The notes beneath the pieces are model-generated. The model made no database searches, was not told the DNA's origin, and saw only the letters and a program-made list of their open reading frames with translations. The translations under genes were made by a program, and so were the position numbers. Positions 47,166-58,673 of a stretch of 64,000 bases of DNA are shown in pieces; within the stretch, counting starts at the first letter, position 1; each line of letters begins with the position of its first letter. Source of the stretch: Flavobacteriales bacterium. Its GTDB lineage: Bacteria > Bacteroidota > Bacteroidia > Flavobacteriales > UBA7312. The stretch lies in assembly GCA_016779935.1 (NCBI GenBank), contig JADHMQ010000003.1, positions 48,908-112,907 on the forward strand. Direction: 5' to 3'.

Positions 47166-48514
47166 TGAAGTTTGACCTAACAAAAGACTATTTAAGTGAA
47201 CTAAACTCGCTTATTGACAGCAAAAAAGCGACCTCTGTTTTGTCATTAATAGAAGAATGTCACCCTGCTGATATTGCTGAAATTCTTGACCAACTTGACT
47301 TCGAAAATGCTAGTTTCCTTTTTGAGCTTTTAGAAGACGAAATTGCAGCAGATGTATTAGTAGAATTAGAAGATGACCTTCGTGAGGAATTACTTAAAAT
47401 ACATTCCCCAAAAGAAATTGCAGAGGAATTTGTGGACAACCTTGATTCTGATGATGCTGCCGATATTATTTCTGAGCTTCCTGAAAATAAAAAGCAAGAA
47501 GTACTCTCTCATATTGAAGACCAAGAACACGCTAGTGATATCGTAGATTTATTAAAATACGACGAAGATACTGCTGGTGGGCTGATGGCAAAAGAGCTGA
47601 TTAAAGTCAATACTAATTGGTCGGTAATGCGTTGCGTGAAAGAAATGCGTAAACAAGCCGAAGACCTTGACTTTGTATACACCATTTATGTCGTGAACGA
47701 CAACAACATCCTTCTTGGAACATTATCTCTTAAAAAGCTATTATTAACCGATTCTAAAGCTGTGATTTCTGGCATTATGAAAGAAGACATCATTAAAGTT
47801 GATGCCACATTAAGCCAGGAAGAAGTTGCCCACACTATGAACAAATATGACCTTATTGTATTGCCTGTTGTTAATAATAAAGGTCAGCTTATTGGTCGAA
47901 TTACTGGTGATGATGTAATGGAAGTGATGAAAGAAGAAGCCGAAAAAGATTATCAAATGGCATCTGGTATTTCTGAAGATGTAGAGTCAAGCGATAGCGT
48001 ATGGGAAATTACTAGAGCTCGATTGCCTTGGCTACTAATTGGTATGGTCGGCGGACTATTCGGCGCAAAGGTCATTGGTATTTTTGACATCGAAAAAAAT
48101 TACGAAATGGCGTTTTTCATTCCGCTAATTGCAGCGATGGGCGGAAACGTAGGTGTACAATCTGCTGCTATCGTTGTGCAAAGTTTAGCTAGTGGCGCTA
48201 GCTCATTAGGAAATATTTCTCAACGACTGATAAAAGAATTAGGCGTTGCCCTTGTTAATGGCATCATTTGCTCGACTATTATTTTATGCTCATCATACCT
48301 TCTAGGCTATGGCTTTGACTTAAGCTTAACGGTAAGCATTGCACTCTTGTCTGTAATTATATTCGCAGCACTATTCGGTACTTTTATCCCATTAACACTT
48401 AACAAATACAAGATTGACCCAGCACTAGCAACCGGTCCATTTATTACCACAGTAAATGACGTTCTTGGGCTATTCATCTACTTCCTTATTGGTCAGCTGA
48501 TATTATCCATATGA
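47162..48514 (+). CDS. mgtE: Magnesium transporter MgtE
   Basis: 450 aa. It has an acidic N-domain, tandem CBS domains, and a C-terminal TM domain with GGNVGVQSAA and PFITTVNDVLG. Confidence 0.9.
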   Translation: MMKFDLTKDYLSELNSLIDSKKATSVLSLIEECHPADIAEILDQLDFENASFLFELLEDEIAADVLVELEDDLREELLKIHSPKEIAEEFVDNLDSDDAADIISELPENKKQEVLSHIEDQEHASDIVDLLKYDEDTAGGLMAKELIKVNTNWSVMRCVKEMRKQAEDLDFVYTIYVVNDNNILLGTLSLKKLLLTDSKAVISGIMKEDIIKVDATLSQEEVAHTMNKYDLIVLPVVNNKGQLIGRITGDDVMEVMKEEAEKDYQMASGISEDVESSDSVWEITRARLPWLLIGMVGGLFGAKVIGIFDIEKNYEMAFFIPLIAAMGGNVGVQSAAIVVQSLASGASSLGNISQRLIKELGVALVNGIICSTIILCSSYLLGYGFDLSLTVSIALLSVIIFAALFGTFIPLTLNKYKIDPALATGPFITTVNDVLGLFIYFLIGQLILSI

Positions 48515-49437
48515 AAAAAGTTCTTTTTGTTGACACCGTTCATCCCATCCTTTGGGAGGAATTAGAAAAAAAAGGATATCACTGCCTTGAAGCATACGAC
48601 TTAAGTAAAGAAGAAGTAAAAGCCATAAGTTCAGATGTTTACGGTATAATCATACGTTCACGATTTAAAATTGACGCCTCTTTTTTAGAGTCTTGCCAAG
48701 AATTACGCTTTGTAGCTCGTGCAGGTTCTGGCATGGAAAATATTGATGAATCATACGCCACATCAAAAGAAATTGCTTGTTTGAATGCTCCAGAAGGAAA
48801 TCGACAAGCCGTTGCTGAACACGCTTTGGGAATGCTTCTAAGCCTATTCAACACCCTAAATACTGCCGACTCAGAAGTAAGACAAGGACTTTGGAAAAGA
48901 GAAGAAAACAGAGGCGTAGAACTAAGTGGAAAAACGCTAGGCATAATCGGCTACGGACATAATGGCTCAGCCTTTGCAAAGGTTCTGAGTGGCTTTGGAG
49001 TTAAAGTCTTAGCCTACGACAAATACAAAAGCAACTATTCAGAAAAAGGGATTGAAAGTGATATGCAAACTATCTTTGAGGAAGCCGATATCCTTAGCTT
49101 GCACATTCCTTTGACAAACGAAACACATCATTTAGTCAATGATGAATTTATAATGCAATTCAAAAAACCTTTTTACCTCATCAATACCTCTAGAGGACAA
49201 TGTGTAAAAACTGCCGACCTCTTAGACGCTATGCAAGAAGGCAAGGTTTTAGGAGCTTGTTTGGATGTATTGGAAGATGAAAAAACATCCTTCGAAAAGC
49301 TAGAAAACTCTAAGGATTTCCAGCGACTTATTCAGTCAAAGAATGTCATCCTCTCCCCTCATGTGGCTGGCTGGACGGAAGAAAGCAAATTAAAACTAGC
49401 ACAAGTTCTTCTGCAAAAAATTAAAGGTTTAAAATAA
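48511..49437 (+). CDS. D-isomer-specific 2-hydroxyacid dehydrogenase (phosphoglycerate dehydrogenase-like)
   Basis: 308 aa. It has the NAD motif LGIIGYGHNGSAFA and a catalytic SPHVAGWT region. Confidence 0.8.
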   Translation: MKKVLFVDTVHPILWEELEKKGYHCLEAYDLSKEEVKAISSDVYGIIIRSRFKIDASFLESCQELRFVARAGSGMENIDESYATSKEIACLNAPEGNRQAVAEHALGMLLSLFNTLNTADSEVRQGLWKREENRGVELSGKTLGIIGYGHNGSAFAKVLSGFGVKVLAYDKYKSNYSEKGIESDMQTIFEEADILSLHIPLTNETHHLVNDEFIMQFKKPFYLINTSRGQCVKTADLLDAMQEGKVLGACLDVLEDEKTSFEKLENSKDFQRLIQSKNVILSPHVAGWTEESKLKLAQVLLQKIKGLK

Positions 49438-49440
49438 GCC

Positions 49441-51150
49441 TTAATGCAAGATTAGACGTCTTGTTGCCATTTTATTAGCCGAGCTTAATTTCAAAACATA
49501 CAGCCCTTTTTTCAAATGCGATAAATCCAGATGCTTGTTCAAATGAGTAAACTTTGAAAAGGATTGTTCACTATAAACTACTTTACCCAATGTATTAATA
49601 ACATCAATAGCAAATACTTCTCCTGCTTCCATATCTTGAACATCTATTGAAACTACACCAGAGCTAGGGTTTGGAAAAACGCATAGAGTCTGAAAGGTAT
49701 TTTCAGCTATGTCACCACCACCATACTGAACAACCATAGTACTGTCTATATTAGTACATCCATTAGTATCCACTACTTCCAAAATAATCCACCTTTCAAT
49801 AGCTACACATCCAAAAGATGACAGCCCATAATCATACGTTAGAGCAATAGATGAATCACTAGATGAGTCACATGGAGAATAAGAATCTTTAATAATATAA
49901 TTATAAGACTGAAAGGACTCAACTGTAGTTAAATAAATTGACTGAAAACTATCATAATCAATATTAGTATAATTAACCAATCCATTTTCGTTTTCATACA
50001 ATGTGTCTCCCTCATATATTCCAATAAAAGTTATCTCTGGTTTTACATAGTCCACCACTACCATAGCTGTATCGTAATAACACAAATTATGAGCCTCTAT
50101 TTGAAATACAGTATCACTCTCCGGAAACACCAACAATTGCTGCGTGGTATCTGCCGTATTCCAAGAAAAGTAATCGGCACCACTTACTTGAGCCTCTAAG
50201 AGCAAACTATCGTCGTCATGACAATAAACAACGTATTCTTCTAACTGAATAGAAATGCTGTCATCGTTATATAATTCAATGCTATACGTTAAGGTATCGC
50301 TGTTCACTATAGTATCTTCAGCAGACCACGCCTTAAAGTGATACGTTCCTACTTGAGACAAATCCAATTCTTCAGAAAAGACAAATGACAAGCTATCTCC
50401 TTTAGCAACACTTTGGCTAAGTGTATCACTCAAAAGTAAAGTGTCGTTAGATTGAAAAAAGACTATTAGGCTATCTATCGTATTTGAATAACTTATGTTT
50501 TTTATCTGTAAAGTAATGCTTTCATTTTCACCCAAAACACAAGACGAACTGTCAAACTGAAGAGCTGATAATTCTACTTTAGTTTGGCAAAAACTTTGGT
50601 TGGTGTTTATGTGTCCAAAACTAGACACCGACGAAAGCCATACAAAGGAACTGTCCAAGCTGCCTTGTAACTGCAAACTACTTCCAATAGGGTCTGCATT
50701 TTGAGATACGCCAATATCAGTAGAAACTGAACCAGAAAAAGGACCGTTGGTCGCCGTAATAATCCCCTCATAACTTATGAACTGAATCAATGTGTCATCG
50801 CAAACATTGTATAAGGCTACACCATCCCCTTGCGTTGATGAACCATTTTGAATAGACGACTTAGGGTAGAATAAAAAACCCATACCACAATCACTATCAG
50901 GCATAATGGTATCTAAAGTGATAGTTGAATAATATTCTCCATTATTACCATTAACGAAGTATACTTTATAACAGGACAAATCGGTGCCAGATAAAGCAGC
51001 AATTTCTATGCCTTCCAAAGTATCTCCCCCTACATTATCGTAATGAAGTTCATTTATTAAAACAGTAGTTGAATCGTTTAGCACAAATGGATTTTGAGAA
51101 AATATCACGCACGGAAAAAGCATGACTGCTAGTAGGTGTAAGAGTTTCAT
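49441..51150 (-). CDS. Secreted lamin-tail-domain (LTD) protein with a type-A T9SS C-terminal sorting domain
   Basis: 569 aa with a signal peptide. The N-terminal module is LINELHYDNVGGDTLEGIEIA..GTDLSCYKV..IQNGSSTQGDGVALY..IQFISYEG..SLQLQGS. The C-terminus is CVFPNPSSGVVSIDV..IDVINTLGKVVY..LDLSHLKKGLYVLKL (nt ~49444-49700). Confidence 0.7.
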   Translation of the reverse strand: MKLLHLLAVMLFPCVIFSQNPFVLNDSTTVLINELHYDNVGGDTLEGIEIAALSGTDLSCYKVYFVNGNNGEYYSTITLDTIMPDSDCGMGFLFYPKSSIQNGSSTQGDGVALYNVCDDTLIQFISYEGIITATNGPFSGSVSTDIGVSQNADPIGSSLQLQGSLDSSFVWLSSVSSFGHINTNQSFCQTKVELSALQFDSSSCVLGENESITLQIKNISYSNTIDSLIVFFQSNDTLLLSDTLSQSVAKGDSLSFVFSEELDLSQVGTYHFKAWSAEDTIVNSDTLTYSIELYNDDSISIQLEEYVVYCHDDDSLLLEAQVSGADYFSWNTADTTQQLLVFPESDTVFQIEAHNLCYYDTAMVVVDYVKPEITFIGIYEGDTLYENENGLVNYTNIDYDSFQSIYLTTVESFQSYNYIIKDSYSPCDSSSDSSIALTYDYGLSSFGCVAIERWIILEVVDTNGCTNIDSTMVVQYGGGDIAENTFQTLCVFPNPSSGVVSIDVQDMEAGEVFAIDVINTLGKVVYSEQSFSKFTHLNKHLDLSHLKKGLYVLKLSSANKMATRRLILH

Positions 51151-51184
51151 AGTTGAATGGATTTGACAACTAAATTAAATAAAA

Positions 51185-52420
51185 TTAGTACACAAATTGG
51201 ACAGTATGCCTACTTTTTTGCTCAAATACTATTGATTTATCACTTATTACCTTTGTGATATCTTCTTCGCTATAATGTCTAATGGTGCAAAGTGTTAGAG
51301 CCTCATTGTATTTCACCAAATACTCCGATTGCAGTTCACTAATTAGCGCTGGCACTTTCTGAACGTCATTGTCGGTACAAGCTGAAAAGCTTACTGCCGA
51401 ATTTTGCATAACATTAATCCTTAATCCGTGTTTTGAAAATAAAGCGAAAATATGGCTCATGTGGTCTTCCACAATAAAGGATAAGTCCTTTGCAGATATG
51501 GAAATCAAAATCTGATTTTCTTTAATAATAAATGAGGGCAAAAAAGGAATCATCTCTGCATCTTCAAAAATGATTGTGCCTTCATTGCTAGGATTTAAAA
51601 ATGACTTTACTCTCAATGGAATATTTTTTTCTTTTAATGGCTGAATGGTTTTAGGGTGTATGACTTTAGCTCCAAAATAAGCCAACTCTATTGCCTCAGA
51701 AAAAGACAATTGATTGAGCAATTTAGCATCTTCAAAAAAACGCGGATCAGCATTTAGCATCCCATCAACATCTTTCCAGATAACAACTTCCTCTGTCTCC
51801 AAAACGTAAGACAATATAGCTGCTGTAAAGTCAGAACCCTCACGCCCCAAAGTAGTGGTAAAATTCTCTGAGGTACAGCCAATAAATCCCTGAGTGATGT
51901 ACACCCCCTGCGGCGAAATGACTTTGTGTATCAAGTCTGTGGTTAACTCCCAATCTATTCGAGCATTTCTATAAGTATTATCTGTTCTGATAATATCCCT
52001 AGCATCCAGCCAATAATTAGCATAATTTTCTTGCTTAAGAAAGGCACTTACAATCTTAGTAGACAATAATTCCCCAACAGAAACAATTTGGTCATACTCA
52101 AAATCATATGTAGATGTCGGAGAATCCTCAATAGCCCATTCGATTTCAACAAATAAATTATTTACCTCATCAAAAATGGAATGATTTTCTGGAAATAGTT
52201 CTTTGATAATATCATAGTGAAACCCTTTAACATCTTCTAATGAAGGAGACAGTCCGTTTACATAGTCATTGACCACGACCTCTAACATATTGGTCGTTTT
52301 ACCCATTGCAGAAATAACAACAACCTTATCGGAACTGGCATCTTCTTTTAAAATAGAATACACATTCCTTATGCCCTTAGCATCTTTTACCGAAGCTCCA
52401 CCAAATTTATATACTTTCAT
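51185..52420 (-). CDS. Aspartate kinase
   Basis: 411 aa. It has MKVYKFGGASVKDAKGIRNV, TTLGREGSDFTAA, and C-terminal ACT-like domains. The start shares 1 nt (TAATG) with the GNAT stop. Confidence 0.9.
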   Translation of the reverse strand: MKVYKFGGASVKDAKGIRNVYSILKEDASSDKVVVISAMGKTTNMLEVVVNDYVNGLSPSLEDVKGFHYDIIKELFPENHSIFDEVNNLFVEIEWAIEDSPTSTYDFEYDQIVSVGELLSTKIVSAFLKQENYANYWLDARDIIRTDNTYRNARIDWELTTDLIHKVISPQGVYITQGFIGCTSENFTTTLGREGSDFTAAILSYVLETEEVVIWKDVDGMLNADPRFFEDAKLLNQLSFSEAIELAYFGAKVIHPKTIQPLKEKNIPLRVKSFLNPSNEGTIIFEDAEMIPFLPSFIIKENQILISISAKDLSFIVEDHMSHIFALFSKHGLRINVMQNSAVSFSACTDNDVQKVPALISELQSEYLVKYNEALTLCTIRHYSEEDITKVISDKSIVFEQKSRHTVQFVY

Positions 52421-52908
52421 TAGAGTGTAAACTGTTTAAGCTGTTCATGAGTGAGTTTCCCATTATACCATTCTGCACTAATATCAGAATTATATTTTTC
52501 ATAAAATCGAATAGCGTTTTTATTCCAATCCAATACTTGCCAAGTCATTCCTTTCACATCCAATTTTTTAGCAATACGGATAGTTTCTTCAAAAAGTAAT
52601 GCCCCTATGCCTTTATTCCTATACGACTCTTTCACCACAAAATCTTCTAAAAAAAGAAAACGCCCTTTCCACGTTGAGTACCTAATAAAATAAAAGGATA
52701 AGCCAATAATTTCGCCCTCTTGCTCCGCCACAATAAACCAATAATAAGGATGTTTTCCGAAGCCGTCTTTCTCCAAATCCTCCAAGGTAACCGTAACTTC
52801 ATTTAGGGCCTTCTCAAAGTCAGCCAATTCCTTAATTAGCTCCAAAACTGAGGGGAGATCTGATTTCACCCCTTTTCTAATTACTACATCCATAATGACA
52901 GAAGGCAA
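52420..52908 (-). CDS. GNAT N-acetyltransferase (spermidine/diamine acetyltransferase-like). The likely start is ATG 52893.
   Basis: YSTWKGRFLFLEDFVVKESYRNKGIGALL..WQVLDWNKNAIRFYEKY is an SSAT-like acetyl-CoA motif. The track start is a TTG. Confidence 0.8.
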   Translation of the reverse strand: MPSVIMDVVIRKGVKSDLPSVLELIKELADFEKALNEVTVTLEDLEKDGFGKHPYYWFIVAEQEGEIIGLSFYFIRYSTWKGRFLFLEDFVVKESYRNKGIGALLFEETIRIAKKLDVKGMTWQVLDWNKNAIRFYEKYNSDISAEWYNGKLTHEQLKQFTL

Positions 52909-52923
52909 AGTTAATTATTTTTG
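52906..52923. promoter_or_regulatory. Back-to-back divergent -7 boxes: TAACTTTG (minus, 52913-52906) and TATTTTTG (plus, 52916-52923)
   Basis: Both match TAnnTTTG. The minus box is 13 nt from the GNAT ATG at 52893. The plus box is 53 nt from the fbp ATG at 52976. Confidence 0.3.
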
Positions 52924-52975
52924 GACGCTGTTTTTTATTTAAAAATTCGATATTTGCTAAATATTTAATGTTGAA

Positions 52976-53974
52976 ATGAGCAAAATCACAACACTAGCAG
53001 AATTTATTACTGAACAACAAATTCTAAAACCCGAAGCTACAGGAAATCTTACTCGATTATTGTACGATATTTCAATAGCTGCCAAAATAGTAAATAGAGA
53101 AATTAATAAAGCTGGTTTAGTAGATATATTAGGTGAGGTAGGTGATGAAAATGTACAAGGAGAGACCGTTAAAAAACTAGACATTTACGCCAATGATGCT
53201 TTTATTTCTTCTTTAAACGCTGGCGGACAATGTGCTGCTATAGCTTCTGAAGAAAACGAAGACATAATTGTTTTAGATGGTACTAATGCTGAAAAAGGAA
53301 GATACCTCGTCTGTATGGATCCATTAGACGGCTCATCAAATATTGATGTAAACGTTTCAGTAGGAACAATCTTTTCAGTTCTAAAAAGAAAAGAAACAAA
53401 TGTAAAAGTAACGGAAGATGAATTTTTTGTAGCAGGAACAGAACAAGTAGCTGCAGGCTATGTCATCTATGGCTCATCAACCATGTTGGTATATACTACT
53501 GGTAATGGGGTAAATGGATTTACTTTAGACCCATCCATTGGTGAGTTTTGCCTTTCACATCCAAATATAAAAACACCTTTAAATGGAGAGATTTTCTCTA
53601 TCAATGAAGCTAATGAAAAAGTGATGCCTGAAGGTGTTAGAAAATACGCACAGTTCTGCCACGAAACAAAAGACGGAAAACGTACACATACTGCTCGTTT
53701 CATGGGTTCATTAGTTGCTGATTTCCATAGAAATATGCTTAAAGGTGGAATTTATATTTACCCTAATACCAATGCTGCTCCTACAGGTAGGCTAAGACTT
53801 TTATACGAATGCTCACCACTAGCATGGATTATCGAAGAGGCAGGCGGAAAAGCATCAGACGGCTTTAAGAGAATTATGGACATCAAGGCAAACGATTTGC
53901 ACCAAAGAGTGCCCTTCTTTATTGGCTCAACGGAAATGGTTGAGAAAGCCGAAAAATTCATGCAGGATAATTGA
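52976..53974 (+). CDS. fbp: Fructose-1,6-bisphosphatase class 1
   Basis: 332 aa. It has [35 protein letters not shown] and [19 protein letters not shown]. Confidence 0.92.
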   Translation: MSKITTLAEFITEQQILKPEATGNLTRLLYDISIAAKIVNREINKAGLVDILGEVGDENVQGETVKKLDIYANDAFISSLNAGGQCAAIASEENEDIIVLDGTNAEKGRYLVCMDPLDGSSNIDVNVSVGTIFSVLKRKETNVKVTEDEFFVAGTEQVAAGYVIYGSSTMLVYTTGNGVNGFTLDPSIGEFCLSHPNIKTPLNGEIFSINEANEKVMPEGVRKYAQFCHETKDGKRTHTARFMGSLVADFHRNMLKGGIYIYPNTNAAPTGRLRLLYECSPLAWIIEEAGGKASDGFKRIMDIKANDLHQRVPFFIGSTEMVEKAEKFMQDN

Positions 53975-56900
53975 AATCAACGGAGCTAAAAGACATTTAT
54001 AAAAACCATCCGTGTTTTACCTCAATAACGAAATGTTTCGAGGAAAATTCCTCTGCAAAATACCACATCAAAAATTTAGTCGGTGCTCAAAGTGTACTAA
54101 TTGCTACACAAAGCGTTAAGTCCATAAAACGCCCACAATTTTTCATTTTAAACGACAAAGAAGAAGCGGCTTATTTCCTTAATGACTTAGAAACATTACT
54201 TCAAAAAAAAGCACTCTTTTACCCAAGCTCATACCGAAGACCTTATCAGCTTGAAGAAACGGATAATGCTAATATCCTTTTAAGAACTGAAGTATTAAAC
54301 AGTCTAAACCATAGAAACCTACCCATAATAGTAAGTTACCCAGAGGCTATTTTTGAAAAAGTAATTAGTCAAGAACAACTCAAAAAAAATTCACTGGACA
54401 TACAAGTCAACGACACTATTTCAATAGACTTTTTAAACGATTGCCTACAAGAATATCATTTTGAGCTAGTCGACTTTGTTATTGAGCCTGGACAATACTC
54501 TATTAGAGGAGGTATTGTAGATATCTTTTCGTTTTCAAATGAATTACCATATAGAATTGAGTTTTTTGACGAAGATGTAGAAAGCATTAGAACATTTGAC
54601 ATTAATACTCAACGCTCTAAAGACAAACAAAAAAAAGTTAGTATAGTTCCTCGATTTCCTGTTTTCAGCGATAACGCACAAGAAAGTATTTTAGAGTTTC
54701 TGCCAAAAAACTCCAAGATATGGATAGTTGATACAGATTCTACTAGACAAAAATTAAATGACCTTTACGAAAAAGCAACTACACATTTCGACACCATAAA
54801 AGACAATACAGTAAATCATATTGAACCTAAAAAATTGTTTTTAGATGGCGATAATTTCATCAAACAATTGCATGGCTTTGGAGTCGTTGAGTTTGGCAAT
54901 CAATTTTATTTTGAAGCCAATGAATCTTATGAATTCCGTTCATCCCCTCAACCCGTTTTCAATAAGCAGTTTGATTTATTAATTGACGATTTAGAAGATT
55001 CTCATAAAAAAGGCTACAATAATTTTATTCTATGCTCGGGTAAAGAACAAATAAATCGATTCGATAGTATTATTCAAGATTTTGAAAAAGAAGTTTATTT
55101 CACTCCTTTACTTCTAAGTCTTAGTAAAGGCTTTATTGATCATCAACAAAAAATATGCTTTTATACTGACCATCAGATATTTGAACGTTATCATAAGTTC
55201 CATTTAAAAACAAGCTTCGCCAACAAAAACGCCATTACCCTTCAGCAACTCAATAGCCTTCAACCTGGCGATTATGTCACTCATATTGACCATGGTATCG
55301 GAAAATTCGCTGGCTTACACACTATTGATATAAATAATAAAAAACAAGAGGCAATAAAGCTGATTTACAAGGATAATGACACCTTATTCATCAGCATTCA
55401 TTCCTTACATAAAATTGCTAAATATAGTGGTAAGGATGGTGCAGAGCCTAAGACAAATAAATTGGGTTCAGGAGCTTGGCAAAAGACAAAAGCAAAAACA
55501 AAAAGCAGGGTTAAAACCATTGCTTACGACCTCATCCAGCTTTATGCTAAACGTAAGGAACAAAAAGGCCATGAGTTTTCTCCCGATAGCTTTTTACAAC
55601 ATGAACTTGAAGCCTCGTTTATGTTTGAAGATACGCCTGATCAATACAAGGCAACACAAGATGTGAAAAAAGACATGGAGCATAGTATGCCAATGGATAG
55701 ACTCATATGCGGTGACGTTGGCTTTGGAAAAACTGAAATTGCCATACGTGCAGCCTTTAAAGCAGTAGCAGACAACAAGCAAGTCGCTGTATTAGTTCCG
55801 ACTACTATTCTGGCTATGCAACACGCTAAAACGTTCAGAAAAAGACTGAAAGGACTTCCTTGTAAGGTCGATTATATTAACCGATTTAGAACAGCCAAAG
55901 AACAAAGGGAAACGCTGAAAGCCGTAGCTGAAGGTGAAGTTGATATCCTTATTGGTACACATAGAATTGTTGGTAAAGATGTATCCTTTGATGATTTAGG
56001 TCTACTCATTATTGATGAAGAACAAAAGTTTGGTGTTGCAGTGAAGGATAAGTTAAAAACCTTCAAAGCCAATGTAGATACCCTAACACTAACAGCAACA
56101 CCCATACCAAGAACTCTACAGTTTTCATTAATGGGGGCTCGAGACTTATCCGTAATAAATACTCCGCCACCAAATAGATATCCAGTTGAAACAGAAATAT
56201 GCACTTTTGATGAAGAAACAATTAGAGATGCCATCAGTTATGAAATTTCTAGAGGTGGTCAAGTGTATTTTGTTCATAATAGAATAGAAAATATAAAAGA
56301 AGTTGCTGGACTGATTCAACGCCTTTGTCCTGATGCAAAGATTGGTATTGGTCATGGGCAAATGGACGGAAAGAAGCTAGAAGAACTAATGGTTTCATTT
56401 ATGGAAAATGAATTTGATGTTTTAGTTTCAACAACAATTATCGAAAGTGGTTTAGATATTCCCAATGCCAACACTATCATCATAAATAATGCTAATACTT
56501 TTGGGTTGAGCGACTTACATCAGATGCGTGGCCGTGTCGGAAGGTCCAACAAAAAATCATTCTGCTACCTCATCTCCCCACCTAACTATTCATTAACTGC
56601 AGACGCCAGAAAACGACTCAACGCATTGGAACAGTTTTCTGAATTAGGTAGTGGATTTAATATTTCTATGCGTGACCTTGACATCAGAGGTGCTGGTGAT
56701 TTACTTGGAGCAGAACAAAGCGGATTTATTAGTGACATCGGCTTTGAGATGTATCAAAAAATTCTCGATGAGGCTATTTCTGAATTGAAAGAGGAAGAAT
56801 TTAAAGAGCTATACGCCGATGAAAAAAATGAAGATACTTTCATTGAAGATTGTCAACTGGATACTGATATGGAAATACTTATTCCAAACAATTATGTAAA

Positions 56901-57291
56901 CAGTATTAGTGAGCGACTTAAACTTTACAATGAACTGGGTAGCTTTGAAACAGAAGAAGAATTAGTTGAATTCGAAGCGAAACTTACAGACAGGTTTGGA
57001 CAGATTCCAGTCGAAGTAAATGAACTTATTAGATCGGTCAAATTAAGGAGGCTAGCGAAGAAAATAGGCTTCCAACGCTTATCCTTAAAGAATACTAATA
57101 TGACGGGCTATTTCCCCTCACAAGATAGCCCCTACTTTCAGTCACCAACATTTGGAAAAGTACTTGACTACCTGAAGCATAATCATCAACATTGTGAGAT
57201 GAAAGAATTGAAAGGTAAACTGATTTTTAGACTGAGAAAAATTGAAAGTATACAAGAAGCTATTGACTCATGTCAAAAGCTTATCTCGTAA
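53971..57291 (+). CDS. mfd: Transcription-repair coupling factor Mfd
   Basis: 1106 aa. It has the helicase motifs [28 protein letters not shown] and QMRGRVGRS, plus the TRG region. Confidence 0.95.
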   Translation: MKSTELKDIYKNHPCFTSITKCFEENSSAKYHIKNLVGAQSVLIATQSVKSIKRPQFFILNDKEEAAYFLNDLETLLQKKALFYPSSYRRPYQLEETDNANILLRTEVLNSLNHRNLPIIVSYPEAIFEKVISQEQLKKNSLDIQVNDTISIDFLNDCLQEYHFELVDFVIEPGQYSIRGGIVDIFSFSNELPYRIEFFDEDVESIRTFDINTQRSKDKQKKVSIVPRFPVFSDNAQESILEFLPKNSKIWIVDTDSTRQKLNDLYEKATTHFDTIKDNTVNHIEPKKLFLDGDNFIKQLHGFGVVEFGNQFYFEANESYEFRSSPQPVFNKQFDLLIDDLEDSHKKGYNNFILCSGKEQINRFDSIIQDFEKEVYFTPLLLSLSKGFIDHQQKICFYTDHQIFERYHKFHLKTSFANKNAITLQQLNSLQPGDYVTHIDHGIGKFAGLHTIDINNKKQEAIKLIYKDNDTLFISIHSLHKIAKYSGKDGAEPKTNKLGSGAWQKTKAKTKSRVKTIAYDLIQLYAKRKEQKGHEFSPDSFLQHELEASFMFEDTPDQYKATQDVKKDMEHSMPMDRLICGDVGFGKTEIAIRAAFKAVADNKQVAVLVPTTILAMQHAKTFRKRLKGLPCKVDYINRFRTAKEQRETLKAVAEGEVDILIGTHRIVGKDVSFDDLGLLIIDEEQKFGVAVKDKLKTFKANVDTLTLTATPIPRTLQFSLMGARDLSVINTPPPNRYPVETEICTFDEETIRDAISYEISRGGQVYFVHNRIENIKEVAGLIQRLCPDAKIGIGHGQMDGKKLEELMVSFMENEFDVLVSTTIIESGLDIPNANTIIINNANTFGLSDLHQMRGRVGRSNKKSFCYLISPPNYSLTADARKRLNALEQFSELGSGFNISMRDLDIRGAGDLLGAEQSGFISDIGFEMYQKILDEAISELKEEEFKELYADEKNEDTFIEDCQLDTDMEILIPNNYVNSISERLKLYNELGSFETEEELVEFEAKLTDRFGQIPVEVNELIRSVKLRRLAKKIGFQRLSLKNTNMTGYFPSQDSPYFQSPTFGKVLDYLKHNHQHCEMKELKGKLIFRLRKIESIQEAIDSCQKLIS

Positions 57292-57299
57292 AAGAATTT

Positions 57300-58598
57300 T
57301 TATCGTCTTATTGCTTCAACAGGGTCAAGCTTCGATGCAGACAGAGCAGGAACTATTCCTGAAACAATCCCTATAATAGCTGAAACTGATAATCCCAAAA
57401 AGATGTTTTCAATAGTTAAGACAATTTCAAAGTCTGAAAAATTGTTGATGATTGCAGTCAAAATAAACACAAGAAAAAGGCCCAAAATGCCTCCAATCAG
57501 ACACAAAAAAACAGACTCAAATAAAAATTGATACAAAATGAAGCTATTCTTAGCTCCAAGTGATTTTTGAATACCAATTAGCTTGGTTCTTTCTTTTACG
57601 GAAACAAACATGATGTTTGCAATACCAAACCCCCCAACAAGGATTGAGAACCCACCAATAATCCAACCTGCTAAGCCTATTACTGAGAAAAGACCATCAA
57701 GTTGATTGCTTATCAAACTAATTTCGTTCATGGCAAAATTATTAGGCAGTGTTGGTTTCAATCGGCGTATTGACCTCATAATACCAGAGAGCTCATCTTT
57801 CATTTCTTCATTAGAAACACCAACCTTTGCCTTAGCAATAATTCTTGGATTACTACGTCTTTTATTCATTAGTCTTTGCCCAAAAGTGACTGGAACTACA
57901 ACAGTATTATCAAGCGAATTGCCAGTTATATCTTCCCCCTCCAAAGAAAATACTCCTACAACAAGAGCTTTCTCGCCTCTGATTTTTATAGTTTCACCAA
58001 AGCTATCGTAACTATTAAACAACGCTCTTGCCACATTACTTCCGATTATAACCTGATTTTTTCCGCTTTCAATTTCTTGCTCGGTAAAATACCGTCCATT
58101 AATCAAATCAAAACTTCTAATATCTTTCCAGTCATAAGAGACGGCAAGAACATCTACACCTTCAATACTATTATTGCCATATTTTAAGGTTCGATTGGCA
58201 CTATTCATAAATGCTATCGCTTGTGACTTTTGAGACTTAGCCGACAATTTTCGCATCTCAGAGATTTCAACCTCTGGTCTACTCATGAAATCCCACCATT
58301 TGTATTCTCCTCCGTCAGACGAACCCCAAGGCCATTTTTGAATGTAAAGCACATCACTACCCAATTTGTTGATGCTGTCTCTCACATTCCTCTCCAACGA
58401 ATCAACAATTGTAAATACTGAGATAACGGCTAATATTCCGATGGTAACACCAAGGAGTGACAAAAAAGTACGCAACTTATTGTTAACAATAGCGTGCCAT
58501 GCAAAACGAAGACTTTCAGAAAATAATCGAAATAAAATCATGAATGAAAATAGGTCACCAAAGATAAATAAAATAGTCTGAATGAAAGTTATTAACAA
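57300..58598 (-). CDS. ABC transporter permease, FtsX/MacB type. The likely start is ATG 58541.
   Basis: It has the FAWHAIVNNKLRTFLSLLGVTIG start, a large periplasmic domain, and C-terminal FtsX helices ending PALSASKLDPVEAIR. No ATPase gene is adjacent. Confidence 0.8.
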   Translation of the reverse strand: MLITFIQTILFIFGDLFSFMILFRLFSESLRFAWHAIVNNKLRTFLSLLGVTIGILAVISVFTIVDSLERNVRDSINKLGSDVLYIQKWPWGSSDGGEYKWWDFMSRPEVEISEMRKLSAKSQKSQAIAFMNSANRTLKYGNNSIEGVDVLAVSYDWKDIRSFDLINGRYFTEQEIESGKNQVIIGSNVARALFNSYDSFGETIKIRGEKALVVGVFSLEGEDITGNSLDNTVVVPVTFGQRLMNKRRSNPRIIAKAKVGVSNEEMKDELSGIMRSIRRLKPTLPNNFAMNEISLISNQLDGLFSVIGLAGWIIGGFSILVGGFGIANIMFVSVKERTKLIGIQKSLGAKNSFILYQFLFESVFLCLIGGILGLFLVFILTAIINNFSDFEIVLTIENIFLGLSVSAIIGIVSGIVPALSASKLDPVEAIRR

Positions 58599-58673
58599 AC
58601 GCTAAAAACCTTTTAATAGTGGTTGATTGTAAGATAGTATTTAGGTAATATTGCAGTATAACTGTCAAATTTC

